Positions 11,815 to 25,052 of a stretch of DNA of 64,000 bases are shown here, piece by piece. The notes under the pieces were generated by a model, which searched no databases, was not told the origin of the DNA, and saw only the letters and a list, made by a program, of their open reading frames with translations. The number at the start of each line of letters is the position of its first letter. The stretch's first letter is position 1. This DNA is from Marsupella aquatica (taxonomy: Eukaryota > Plantae > Marchantiophyta). Both the position numbers and the translations under genes were made by a program. The stretch lies in contig OZ316893.1 in NCBI GenBank assembly GCA_973895155.1, forward strand, positions 18,852,857 to 18,916,856. Reading direction: 5' to 3'.

Positions 11815-14800
11815 TTGTGGTTGCAAATCCAATTAGCAATCTTTTGATTCACCCGGCTTTTGTAGTGTTGGCATCTGGAATTTTTGATAGAGGCCGGGCA
11901 GTTTGGACGAAGATACAATCAGAGGAAGGAAAATTTGGACTCATCAGTATCTATGCTCCCAACTCGATTAGTGAACGTGTCCTGTTGTGGAACAAATTGC
12001 TGCACACATTGCCACAGGAGAAATGGATAATTGTTGGAGACTTCAATATGATGGAGCAACAGGATGACTCCTCCGGTTCATCTCCCAGAATTAGGGGTTG
12101 GGAGCTTGATACTTGGCGATTACTGAAACTGCGCTTTGACTTATAGGATGCAAAGGGCATTCTGGGGCACGCCACGGGCTCTAACTTTACATGGAGAAGG
12201 GTGAGAAATGGTAGACTAATACAGTCCCGGCTTGATAGATTCTATCTAAGCAAAAAGGGCCAGTGGTTGGACGAGGTGATCGAGCTAAGGCACGATGGTT
12301 CATCTGCTCTGTCTGATCACGATCCGATCATCCTCACGTTTAGGATGACACCGAGACATTCAATGCCTACTGACGTTCGCAGAGCTACGTACTTTAAAGC
12401 GAACCCGGCTATTCTCAGGAAAAGGGAAAACGTGGAAGCACTCGAAGAAGCATGGGGCGCTGGCGATGGAGGATCAGTGGATCCTCATCTGAGATTTGCA
12501 GATGCTATGCAAAGGGTTAGACGGTGTTACATGGAGCTACAATACTCCCCTGTACCTAGGGAAGAAGAGATGCACCGACTAAGGGCTAAACTCTGTCTTC
12601 TGAAAATGGCAATTATGGATGAATACACGGAAGACACGATTCTCGACTTTACTAACACTGAACAGGGGGTCAGAGAAATGGAGATGGAAGATGCTCACCA
12701 TCATCGGAGGCTCGCTAGAATAAACTGGCTTGGACAGGGCGATGAACCCTCGAAATTCTTTTTTGCAATGGTAAAAGCAAAACATGCCAGAGAAAATATG
12801 GAATATCTTATAGGAGAAGACGGAGAAGAGATTACGGAAGAAAATCTGGTAATAAAAGAAGTGCAGAGACACTGCGAAATGCTCTACACTCCAACGTTTA
12901 CTTTGAATGAGGTACGCAGAGAGATGCTGGAGGCTAGAAGGAAGTTATGTCAGCACACCCACTTTGCTCTTTCCGCTTCTGAGCTTCACAGACTCGAGAA
13001 GCTACCCACTATGCAAGAATTGCATGATACACTACTTTCCCTTCCTAGCGACAAGGCCCCTGGGATTGACGGCATCACTGCTGAGGTGCTACGGAGCTGT
13101 TGGGACTTCATGAAAGACGGATTCTATGAGATGACATGTGAATTTTGGCGGTCAGGGCACATGGCTTTTGGGATCAAGGATGGAGTAATTCGCTTTATCC
13201 CAAAGAAGACAGATAAAAGAAGACTGGGAGATTGGAGAGGGCTCACGATGCTGACAACCACCTACAAGATCATGGCAAAGCTTCTTGCCTTGAGGCTGAA
13301 GATTCATCTACCAAAAATGATTAGTCCACAACAAACAGGCTTCATACCCGGAAGGCACATATTAGAAAACATCTCCCTTACCTGGCTTGCTAGTGACTGG
13401 ATTAACCTCACACAGACTCCTTCTCTATTCCTGCAACTGGACTTTGAAAAAGCATTTGACAGGGTAGACCACTCTTACATCTGGGAAACCATGAACTTGC
13501 TTGGAATAGGATCTCATTTCATCTTTTTAGTTCGATCTCTATTGAGCGACGAATGTTCCAAAGCGCTGGTGAATGGTTTGTGGACAGAAGATATCAGGAT
13601 GAGACGTGGTGTGAGGCAAGGATGCCCCCTCTCTCCTCTGCTGTTTGCCATCTCCACTCAACCTTTCATGGATTTCTGTAATATAGAGATAGCAGCTGGA
13701 AGGCTTCAGGGTCTGAGAATCAATTCATCTCTATCTATTTGCTTCAGATTATTTGCGGATGATTTAGGGATGTTTATTCCTGCCACTGCCATAGCTTTTG
13801 AACAAGCCAAAAATGCTATCCACTGCTATGAATGTGCTACTGGAGCCAAATTGAATTTGAAAAAATCAATTATTATCCCCTTTGCTCTGGATGTGATCCC
13901 TGACTGGCTCAGAGACACTGGATGTCGAATAAGCGAAACTGGAGAGATACAGAAATATCTGGGTGCCCCCTTTGGAGTAGAAATTCTAGAGACACAACTA
14001 CACAATTTCTGTCTCGATAGAATTAGTGCACGACTGTCATCCTGGTCATCATGTTTTCTATCATTTATAGGAAGGCTGCTGCTAATCAAACATGTTTTAC
14101 AGGCAATTCCTATCTACCATATGATGTTTATTCGATCTTCTCAGGTATTAGCGAAGAAGTTGACAAAACTTAATAGGACTTTCCTATGGGGAACGAATCT
14201 GCAAGGAGGGAGGAGGATCCCTCTAGTGGCGTGGGATAAGCTGACAAGACCAAAGCTGGAAGGTGGACTTGGACTCAAGGACTTTCGGAGTCACTCTGAT
14301 GCACTTTTATGCAAATGGTTCACAGGTGCATTAGATGATCCTAGCTCTGAGTGGGCTCAAATGTACGCAAAGAATCTCAGGCTAACCAAATGGCGTAACT
14401 ACAAGACGGTGAGAAGAAGCCTGTACTCTTTGAGTGACAAATTACTATTGAGCACTCCTAGGCACTTTGGAAAACTTGTTTATACAGGGAAACTTTGGAG
14501 TGCATGGGAGATGGCGAGAGAACATCTGATCTTTTGCCCAGGCGGGGGAGCGATACCTGGGCACTGGGGATTCGAAGACTTGGTAAGGAGTATGCAGGGG
14601 TTCTATGATTTACCTGAAGAATGCCTCATGGAAATTATTAGAGCGTTTGGGAGTTTGGGGATGAGAAGAGTGGAGGATCTGTGGTCTACTAGGAATCGGA
14701 ACTGGAAAGACATCTCTAGAAGACTGCATAGGATGAGAGGACTTTCCTCTATTGCCAGGACGCATTGCATTTCTTTATATAGTGTGATATGCTGCTCTAC

Positions 14801-15845
14801 TGTTGGGGACCGGGAATCTGGTGCTGTTGCTCGACTGTGGAAATGGAATGATACTGAGATTGAAATGAGGAGATTTACCACAACAAATCTGAGGATGTAT
14901 GAGATGCTGCGACCTAAAGGCTCTGATTGGGAAAGGCTTAATCGTATATGGATTGTGACACTGAATGAGCAAGAATGGAGCGCAGTCTGGAAGGGGTTGT
15001 GGTATTCGGACCTCTCTACGCGAGCTAAGATTTTTATATGGCAAATTATTGCTCAAGGGCTATTCTCTGGTGTTCGGGCCCTGAGAATTGGGAAATCGAA
15101 TGGATGCTGCACAATGTGCACCTCTAGGATAGAAACCTTACCACACTTATTTTGGCAATGTAAGCATGCTAGCAATGTCTGGACTGAGATGAAGAGATGG
15201 ATGAGAGGAGAGCTTATCAGAAACTTTACAAGTATTGTTGACCTGCTGTGCTCCATCCAGGGACGCTCACCTCTTCTATCATTGAGAGCCTTCATAATTT
15301 ATCAGGTTTTGTGGCACTTGTGGAATGCTCGGAATGTACAGGTGTTCGAACTATCACCCTACCGCTCTTTTGATCCGATGCAAATCATTTCCGAGTGCAT
15401 GGATCACATCACGGCGGTGTCGGCGGGAGCTACCTCCCCCTCTTGTAGGAAACAGGAACGGCTGCATACAGCTTTGAAGCTCCTAGAAACAGAACGTAGG
15501 GTAATTTTAAGGGCACAAGTAAGAAGAATAGTGACTGTTAGAAGCTGAAATGGATCTTCGGAGCAGATAGTGCTTTGCTGAGCAGTTCTTGGATGACACT
15601 GCTTTGCTGAGAAGTTCTTGGATCCTGAGATTACCTTGGGGGTCACTCCCCTGCTTGAGTATGTAGTGGACATTTAGGTGAGCTTTTGGTGGTGTGCTTT
15701 CATCTGCTTAAATTGGCCCATGATTGGTCTACTCTGTTTTTCTTTCCCTCTGAGGACTTCTTTTGCCTATGGGCCTGCTGATTCCCTCTCCGTGGGGTTC
15801 AAGCGGAATAAATGAAATTAAAATTTAAAAAAAAGAAAGAAAAAA
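11815..15845 (+). mobile_element. L1-like LINE, 5'-truncated, with 3' UTR and A-rich tail
   Basis: ORF2 homology from 11817, AATAAA near 15807, A-tail about 15827-15845. No TSD identified. Confidence 0.9.
11817..15548 (+). CDS. LINE ORF2 (APE endonuclease - reverse transcriptase - C-terminal zinc finger); one in-frame TAG at 12144-12146
   Basis: Endonuclease SIYAPN, VGDFN, SRLDRFY, SDHDPI. RT KAPGIDG, LDFEKAFDRV, GVRQGCPLSPLLF, LFADD, KYLG. zf-RVT CTMC...ETLPHLFWQC. ORFs 11817-12146 and 12201-15548 are in the same frame. Confidence 0.93.
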
Positions 15846-15899
15846 GTCTCTGTGAACTCTGTTTCAATCTACTGCCCATGTCTCCTCACATTGTCAGTT

Positions 15900-18800
15900 T
15901 AGCAAACATGGCAAGTGTCACTGATGAGTCAGATTCCCTATTAGAAAGCACTGACAACTCATCATTAAGTACTACAGGCGATTCATCCTCTGATGAGAAC
16001 CTTGGCTCAGTTTCTTGCGTAGACTTTACTGGATTACAAGTCCCTTGCACTTGCACCAAATGCATGGGCCTGGTTTAGCAAAGACCATGGGATATTACTA
16101 CCCACCTCAGTCAATATGGGACATATCAGCATCAATCAAACCAAAGCAATCCAAGGGTAAGCATTTCATTTACACACCTGTAGCAAAGTGAAAGCCTTTC
16201 ATGATTGTATATAGATTTGTCATGTCACAAAGTTGATTCAATATGGTTTATAATTGTATGACTCATTTTACGCTGCACAGGGTCACGTGAAGCGTGCTAA
16301 ATTGCGGCCTGTTGTAAGGACAGAACTATCCTTCACAATCAAACATGCTTTCCAAGGTGCAATTGATGATGCCTTTTCGGCATTCCAATCACGTCCCAAG
16401 CCCATAGCCCCTGTTTCCAATACTGCCTCACAACTAAATGGACCATGTAGACGTGCCCGAACGGATACACATTGGCTCAAGCACCAAAGAACACACTCAA
16501 GGAGTCCACTTGCAAAGGAGGCTACAATTGGGTCCTCAGTGAGCAAAGTTTGCCCAATAAAGGGTGTGCCAATCCGAAGAAAAACCAAGGAAAGGATAGT
16601 GAATTTGGATTTGACATATTCCTCCCCTGCTCATACTAGAGGAAGGGGTGTCAGGAATGATGACAAATAATTTGGTTGTACTAAGTCGTCATGGAGAAGT
16701 TGAGGTGAAGGGGGAGTGTGCTCCCCTTTACAAGAGGTTTCACCCATTGTATTGGGGTGTTCCTCCCGTCATCCCAATTCATGAAGAGGTCTCCATTTGG
16801 CCGGGGTCGACCATGGATAGTTAAGAGCATCTCAATTGATAGTGCTAATGTTGGACTAGGTGTCTATGCTTGTCAGGATATTACAGTACATGGAGATAAA
16901 TGTGTGGAATTGTTTCCCTATTGCGGGGCTGTCTATGATAGGGGAACGTGGCATGTCCTCACCCGTGCACATCCATCTTTCAAGTGCTACAGTCTCAATT
17001 GTGATGGATACCAGGGTTCAAACATCCCCCAACAGGAGCTAAGATATATAGATGGTGACCCAATGCGTGCTAGTAATATATATGGGTACATAAATAGTTC
17101 TGTGGGTTTGAAGGGAGGAAAGAAATGTGCAAATGTAGAGTGAGAGTCTATGGCCAGCCAAATTCCATGTTGTGACTGTAGCCATTTGCTCTATTGTTGT
17201 AGGAGAGGAGCTTATAGCTCACTATCGATGGAACAAATGAAACCACTATCTTATGATTATTATCAACTGAATTGTTATAATTAGCCGCGACTGTATTTGC
17301 ATATAAATTCTAACTTGTCTCATTTGTTTTTGCATAGGTACCCCACCCTTTGGTGCTTCCCCATAGCTTGCTGAGGCTATACATCAACATGGGCATGAAA
17401 TTGTGTCTGAGTCCACTGATTCAAGTGCATATGACTCCTACAACAATGACGATCTTGAGGTAGAGAGCATCTCAAGCGATGTTGATGCTGAGATAGAAGA
17501 AATGGATGAACATGAGCCCCCACAAGTGGAGTTGGAGGATGAAGAAGCCACTATGGTGTTTCTTGATACATACTACCCGAGATACTACCCTCCCCAAAAT
17601 GTAAATGAGCTTGGACCATTTGAGAATGGGAATGCATACGAGAAATGGTGGTGCCAAATTGAGAAGGAGGCACGACAACCTCTGTACGAAGGGGCAGAAA
17701 CTTCTTGGTTGTCCTACATTTTTCTCCTCTTCAATTTGCAAACTCAGCATGATGTGCCAAATATATTCATGCACAAGCTATTTAGCCTGTTATCAAGGAA
17801 GATACTCCCCAAAGACAACAATGCACCACCTACAGGGGTGGACGCTTGTTCTATATTGTCTACCATTGGAATGGACTATCAAACCATTCATGTTTGCCCC
17901 AACAATTGTGTCTTGTACCGTGGGAAGTATAGACATTGATAAGATGTCCACCTCATGTGTAATTACAACCTCATGCGCTTATGGAGGGAGTTTTGGCTGA
18001 GTACGAGGATTTGGGTGCACTCATCCTAAAGGCCATTTTGCTATGGACTATGCACGATTTCCCAGGTATTGCATGCTCATTTAGTGAATTCAAGGTGCAG
18101 ATCATTTCATGCCATTTATACTTAAATTTGTTCAGAGGATAATCCATACTCATAAACCAGTGCATTTGTGGGTGGCCTAATTTTCTCCATTATACAGGGT
18201 ATGGTTACATATCTGGTCTTCAAACGAAAGGGTACCGGGCTTGTCCCCTTTGTGGAGATGAATTGCAATCCAAATGGAGCTCAGATCACCGCAAATGTGT
18301 TTACATGGGCCATGCCAAGTACCTGCCCCTTCATCATCCATGGCGTTCAGATCCATAGCTAAATGGTGGTAATGACCACATAAACACAGTTCCAATGCCA
18401 CATCAAAACGGGCATTGAAAGGATGTAGAGTATTGGTTGCAAACATGAGACTGGATGTGAAGTGGTACAATACCAGCTGATAGGTCGGGCATGACCCGTT
18501 GTTCGGTTTTATTTGACCTTCCATATTGGAAGGTACATGTAGCCTTTAATTATGCCAATATATGTCGTTGGTAATTCACACTATAGTTTTTAAATTCCAA
18601 ATGCAAGATTTCAAATGTATAACTTGTGCACCTTGCCATGCCATACGTTTCACATGATCTTCTAATTTGGCATTTGCTTGATCCCATGCACATTGAAGGG
18701 AATATCGCTAAATCAATTGTTTGTCACATATATAGTATGTGAGCGAGAAGGTTCTCCCAAAGATGAGTGGGGATGTCGACGGGCTTATGAAGCATTTGGT

Positions 18801-21337
18801 GTACACTATTACACCTGGGTCTAAAGTAGGCCCATTGGAACTGACTTTATTCAACTAGCCCCTTGGGTCATGACAGTTTCAGAGCGACGATAGTTCATGA
18901 AGAGAGTTCATGAGATGCGAATGCCAACAGGATATGGCTCCAATTTTAGGAAAGCGTTTAACACACGAGGGACAAAGTGGTCTGTGTCCCTAAAGACGTA
19001 TGATTATCACAAGCTCCTACGTACACGATGTCTTCCCCATAGCTCTGCATGGGATGACCAGCAAAGCATTGCGCACAACGATTAGTTCTCTTTCTTCAAT
19101 ACTGATTTAAAACCTCTTTTACCTCTTGGGCATATTCATCCCACCTCAACACTATTTTATGGGACTGTAGGATATCCATTGCTTGTGCTAATGATAGATC
19201 ATGATTGTTTGTCATTTTTGTATAGGTGGATATGCTCCAAGGAGGTGAATGTGAGGAAAATTCCAGTGATGAAGATCAAAGCTACAGAGGTGCTATGTAT
19301 GTTGGAGAAGGCACTTCCACCCTCCTTCTTTGATATTCAAATCCATTTATGGGTACACTTGGTGGAAGAGGTTGAAATTTGTGGCCCAATGCATTCCCGA
19401 TGGATGTACTGGTTGGAGAGGTACATGGGCACATTGAAGAACTTGGTCAGTCAACTGGCTCATCCAGAGGGGAGTATGGCAAAAGGATATTTGCATTATG
19501 AGGCTATGTTTTATTGCTCCCACATTTTGCAGCAATTGGACATAGAAACACCAACAGCTTGGATGGATCCGGATGTTGAGGATATTTGTGAGATAGAGGA
19601 GGTACTACTTGGTGCAGGGGAAAAGTTGCAAAATGACAAATGTGGAGTTTGAGCAGATCCATACCTTCATTCTCCATAACTCCAAGGCTCTTTCACCTTG
19701 GTTAGCTTACTACAATGAAGAGAAGGCCTCGTGGAGGCCAAGGGCAACTTGGGTTTTCCCCAAATTCCAGAAGGTGATATGCACCGGCTGATGTATTCCA
19801 AGTCATAGTTAGACTCAAAGTGAAAGTGAAAGTTTATGTGGTCTTTAGACTGACTTCCAAACTTTTCCTATGTTACAAGTACATGCAAACCAAGGTGGAT
19901 TTGCTTGCTCAACTCCATGCAGATGGGAAGGATATCAGTTTTGTCCCAGGATCGATGGTGATGTGCGGATTCTGGTCCGTGGGCCTTTGTATGAGTACAA
20001 AAGCCACTCCAAATGTGGGCCCAAGGTTGGTATTTTGCGTGAAGTCTCTAGATGACAAGAAGAAGAGGACATCTGATGTTGGTATTAGTTTAGAGTTCAT
20101 GATCGACTGCATGGCAAAGTAGTGCTCATGATCAGCATCTAGAGGATGCCACACTCCCATACTTTGGAAACATTCGGAAAATTCTCAATTTTGATTTCAA
20201 GTATACACAAACAATATTTTTGTGTGAATGGTATAGGGTAAGTGCAAACTAATACATTCAGAAAATCTCATTTTAAGTATGCATTTACAAACATATATAA
20301 AGGCACATATACTCACTTGACTTCCTGATTGCCCCTGACAGGTTCAAGCTGTAGGAGATCATGCAACACTAGCACATGATGAATGTGGACTTCTAAGGGT
20401 AGATACAAGAAGTGTGCTAGGTTTTGATAGGGGTTTTAATGAGCCATGTGTATATCCATCACAGGTGGAACAAGTATTTTTTTTAAGAATCTAGTTATGG
20501 CAAATTGGAGCTTTGTAATTTGTCATGTTCCTAGGGGCCGTAGAGGTTTTGACAAATTGGGGACTATTAACAGGCAGGACATTCATGCCTCTGATGATGA
20601 GGCAGAGTAGACTTTAAGATGGAATCCATGGGCATGAATAGAGTTTATTTGAACTTTGGGAAGCAACTATAGGCCAGGCATGTGAATCACTCTATACGTT
20701 GTTGTGAAGTTTGTGGGCAATGTTGGGAAAGTCCGGACTTTTGTCTGTCAAAAGAACAATGCGCGTACAATGTGCTAATAAAACACTACAATCATTACCC
20801 AAAAACGCTCAATTGTCATGGGAACAACCAATGGAATCGGGGATGAAATGTGGTATATGTCGACTCCCCAAAGTTTCTAATCCTGAATGCTTGAAACTCA
20901 GTTTTTTGGCGCAAATCACCCGAACATTACAATCTATACTAAAATTAGGCCTAGGAACTATATTAAGGTCCATCTTCTTGTTTAGAATCACAATACAGGC
21001 TTTCAAAACATAGAAAATTCACCTACGGTTAACAACTTTCTTTGAATTATATCATGCAAGCCAAGTACTTACTATCCTATCACCCCTCAAAGGTTCAAGT
21101 CAAAATTCTATCTCTATCAATAGTTACAAAGAGAAATGTTGGACCTATCTAGATTGCAGGCTATGAGGACCCTTCCATTGTAACCATATTATATATCTTA
21201 CATAAAGATAGATATACCCAAAGAGCATAGGTTCAGTAATGGGCTTTGAGCTCCACAAAAGGTGTTGACTGCAAAATCGTTTTTGGGCAAGTACTCCACA
21301 AAATGTGCTAGTGTTCCACCTTTTATGGTGAGTAGTG
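15900..21337 (+). mobile_element. Decayed CACTA/EnSpm element (transposase pseudogene plus SET cassette); right TIR ends at 21337, left end not found
   Basis: PCTCTKC near 16040, IHVCPNNCVLYRG, LWTMHDFPG, DPMHIEGNIAKS, MPTGYGSNF, WMYWLERYM..LK (DUF4218-like). Terminus ...ccttttatggtgagtagtg is CACTACTCACC on the minus strand. Confidence 0.82.
16800..17240 (+). pseudogene. SET-domain (lysine methyltransferase-like) cassette inside the CACTA element
   Basis: VKSISIDSANVGLGVYACQDI...ELFPYCG...YIDGDPMRASNIYGYINSS...ANVE, then TGA and a frameshift, then HVVTVAICSIVVGEELIAHY. This matches the SET pattern GxGxxA / (R/G)(F/Y)IN(H/S)S / GEELxxxY. Confidence 0.75.
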
Positions 21338-22461
21338 AGGCATGGAATGAGGCTTTTATAGTGGCAGGTGTGGTTTAAAGAGTTTAACTTTTTTTCCGGC
21401 AATGGGAACTCTCAAGTCTACACCATCTAGCTCTTGAAGTGAATATATATGTAGCATTATCATGTACCTTTCTCACCACATAAGGGCCAAACCACCTCTT
21501 TGATAACTTTCTGGTGGCACTATGCTAGTTGTCTAGGCTACTATCATAGACTAGTACCCAATCATCTTCTTAAATAGGCCTTGGTCTGAGCCTATGCCTC
21601 CTATAAAACCTTTCCTTATTCCCTAGCCTTGCCTCCCGTAGTTTTTTGAGTGCTACCTCAATATCCTCAGAGCGTCGCTCAAGCTATCGGATCCTCAATG
21701 TCAATAAGTCGTCCCTACTAAGACCATCTTCCCATGGTAACACACTCCATGTAGGAATTGTCTCCTCCACTAGCATGATCAGCTTTTGTCCAAACATAAG
21801 TTCTGCTGACATAAAACCTATTTACCGAGCTATGTGTGGTTCGATCTACCCACAACGCAAATGACAATATCTTTGGCTACACATGTATGCTACCATTACA
21901 AGCTTTTACCAAAGCCATAATGATAGGAGAATGTCTTCGCTCACGCTTACCATTCCCTTCTGGATTACAGGCAGTTGTCAAGGCAAGCTTTATCCCTAAC
22001 CTTTCAAAAAACTGTCGAGCCTCTTGTGAATCAAGTTCTCCTCTATCAGCTGTAATCTTCCCTATGCATCCATAGCGACAAATCACATCTTCAAGTAAAA
22101 AATGACATAAATTTTTTGTGCTCTTGGTCCTAAGTGCCCTTCCCTCAACTTGATTGGTTAGGTCTCCCCTTGCTAAAATCACATACCTCATTTGTGAGAT
22201 CCCAAGAGGTAGAGTTACCAAATCAACAACCCATTTGTAATGCATGGCTAAAGGGTAGGTGGGATGTAGTCCATCTCAATGCCGAATGTTTGAGTAAACT
22301 TGACAAGTTTCACAAGTACTCACAAATTGGACTACATCCTTGTACATACCTGTCCACCAATGTTTTTCCTTTAGTTTGACAAAAGTTGCCCAAACTTCTC
22401 TATGTCCTGCCCATAAGCTTTCATGAAACTCCTTCATCAGCTTTTGTTGTGTCTCTGTATC

Positions 22462-24963
22462 TATGACAGGCCCCAAACCCAGTAGTAACTTAGTGATAAC
22501 TTATAATTGCGTATATAGGTAGAAAGACAAGTAGGTGTAGTAAAAATGTTTGGATTTTCAAATTTTTTATTTTTGTTAGTTCTAATAAATGGATGCGACA
22601 ACCGGAGGCCGAAGTTGAGAGGGGTGTCGGGCGGTGATGGATGACAAGGGAACCATTGAGGGGGTACAAGGAGGCCACAAGGCAGCCCAAGGACTTGGCG
22701 CCAAGGTGTGGGCATCTTGGAGGGGTGGGGGCTGGTCGGAGGCTCCACGTAAGGCGCAAAACGGGAAGAATAACCAAAATATAGAAAACGTTGAAACTTA
22801 AAATAGACTTTTCTGCGCTAGTACTATTCCAAACATGGTCATGTTTGGATTCATTTTGAAGCCCTCAATGAGCCCCATGCGAAACTGAGGTTCTCTAGTT
22901 GATTTTAGGTCTATATCAAACAGTGACATCTTGAGGGACCTCAATGCACGTAAAACTGCAAAATAGGCAATCTTGGAGTAGTGATGGTGGGAGGGCCCTT
23001 AGAAGGAAGGGGTTCCCACACTTGTGTTCCCCTTCACCCTTTGTGTGGTCCTCACATGTTTTTTTGCTCTCTTTCCCTTCCCCACCGTAGAAGGGCCACC
23101 ATAGAAGGGGCCCTCACACTTTCTTCCTTCCCTTTTTCTTTATTCTCACTTGTGGGGTTTCCATCCATACCTAAACCCTAAACCCTTTCCCTCTTGTGCT
23201 TGCTTTCAACGTGTGTACGGACCCTGGTTGTACGAACATCAGATTTTCAACCATCTCAAAATCAGGAGTCTACGGGCTTGTTGGAAAGAGCTCGCCGAGC
23301 TGAATCCAATGATGTGTCACATGACCGGAGCTAAGACGGGGGAGATACAACAGATCATGTTTTTTTTTAGTATACGAGAGTTTTGAGGCTGTACGGATGT
23401 CCGTACGGTAGGAGGTCCCGACTTTGCAATAGAAGGAGGAGGTAGCAGCATATAAGGGGAAACCGTGATATGTATTTTTCAAAGCCAGGGCCCCCTGGTG
23501 TTGTACAGACAAAACGGCGGGAGACGATGCCCCTTGAAAACTTAAACGATCATATCTTGGCCGTTTGACCTCCATTTTGTGCACCATTTACGGAGCCGTG
23601 ATCAAGAAGAGGAGGGCTCTTCAGATCTGTTTCGACAATTATAGGGGCCCCCTCCTTTTATAACAGACCGGTGGTGGCGATCAGGAGGATTGAGGCTGTC
23701 AAGCCAGGGCACCGTGAGTGAGAAGGAGAAGAGTAAGATGTTGGAGAAACAGTTGCAGGAGACTCGTAAGTCATCACGGGAAACCCAAGCTGGTCACGGT
23801 GTCACCGTATCAACTAGTCACGGTGCCAACATTTCATCACCCTCATCATTACCAGCGGAGGCTCCATCGAGTCACGAAATCACGGTGCCAGGGATGCCAC
23901 CTCGATCCGTAAACCCGGGGACTCCTTTGGCTACTGGCCAGGTCTTACCTTTGCAGTTGCAGGGAGGTGAAGAGGCTGCTTTATGGAAGGACACTATTAG
24001 CCAAGGTTATGTGAAGGCTTGGCAAGCCTTGGCTGCATTGAGGAGGCGGAGCACTTCCGGTCGGACTCCCCCGGTACGGCAGGTAGGAGTGATGCCTCCC
24101 CTTCTGGGGAAAGCGGTGGAGGTGAGGATTCCAGGGGTGGAGCCCTGGTTCAGTAAGTGAGTCAGGTGAAGACTAGTGTAGGGCCTTGCTTTCCATGCAC
24201 TATGGATTGGATGTTAGTACCAACGAAGGCACCGTTGATACCGTAGTGGGCTAGGGTTTTTCACAGCGTGTGTGTGCCACGCTTTAGGTTAGTTTATCTC
24301 TTTGATAATTTTGGCGGCGCCGCTAGGGTTGTCGCCGTTGTTGCCACTCCGTGAGGGGTGCTTTGGTGTTTTTTTTAGTATTTAGGGGGGAGCCCCGTTG
24401 TGAGAAAGGGGGGGGAACTCAGTCTAGTGTTGGTGTTAGGGAAGTTAGCTCATAGCCAAAAGGGGAATTCAAGCCAGAGTAGTGAGGTAGAGGTGTAGCG
24501 CTTGCCCGAGTGAGGCAGGAGTTGGACAAACGGCAGGAGGCCGGGTTGTCCTTGCAATGTGTTACCACTTTTTGCCAAAAGATATGGATTTGGTTTGATT
24601 CCTCAAGTTTTGGTGTGGCGTTATCTTTTTTGGTTCACGATTGTGTTCTTTCCCCAAGAAGTGTCTAAGGAATCCTTGCACGGTTTGGTCAACCATGTGA
24701 GTAGGAGGGGTGGTGATAGCACTCCACCAACGACCAGTAGGAGTGTGTGTGTGGCGTAGTCCATGGGACTTGATCAAAAGCAGAGGGACTAGTCGGTAGA
24801 CTTGATCAAAAATTACATTTCCGGGAGCGGAAATAAACATACTCATCCTACATGCAATAGAATCCTAATAGTGTCCCTCCACGTTCCCGTCATACGATAA
24901 CAAACGATTTTAGTAGGAGTAAATACGTAATTGTTGTGTAAATCGTTTGATAACCAGGTGACA
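22462..24963. mobile_element. Solo LTR, about 2.5 kb, 5-bp TSD GTATC
   Basis: gtatc|tatgacagg ... ggtgaca|gtatc (5' TG apparently mutated to TA). Removing it restores the host pol frame ...LRVVGDT-ETQQKL. Confidence 0.82.
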
Positions 24964-25052
24964 GTATCACCAACTACTCGTAGTGGAACCCCCTTGACCT
25001 TCTTTGGTTGCTTCCAAAGAACTCCATCCCTAAAAAAGTATCCATAGGCCTT

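Noticed and set aside
23690-24160. 156-aa ORF as a host gene
   Set aside because: Lies inside the 2.5-kb solo LTR; no recognisable domain.
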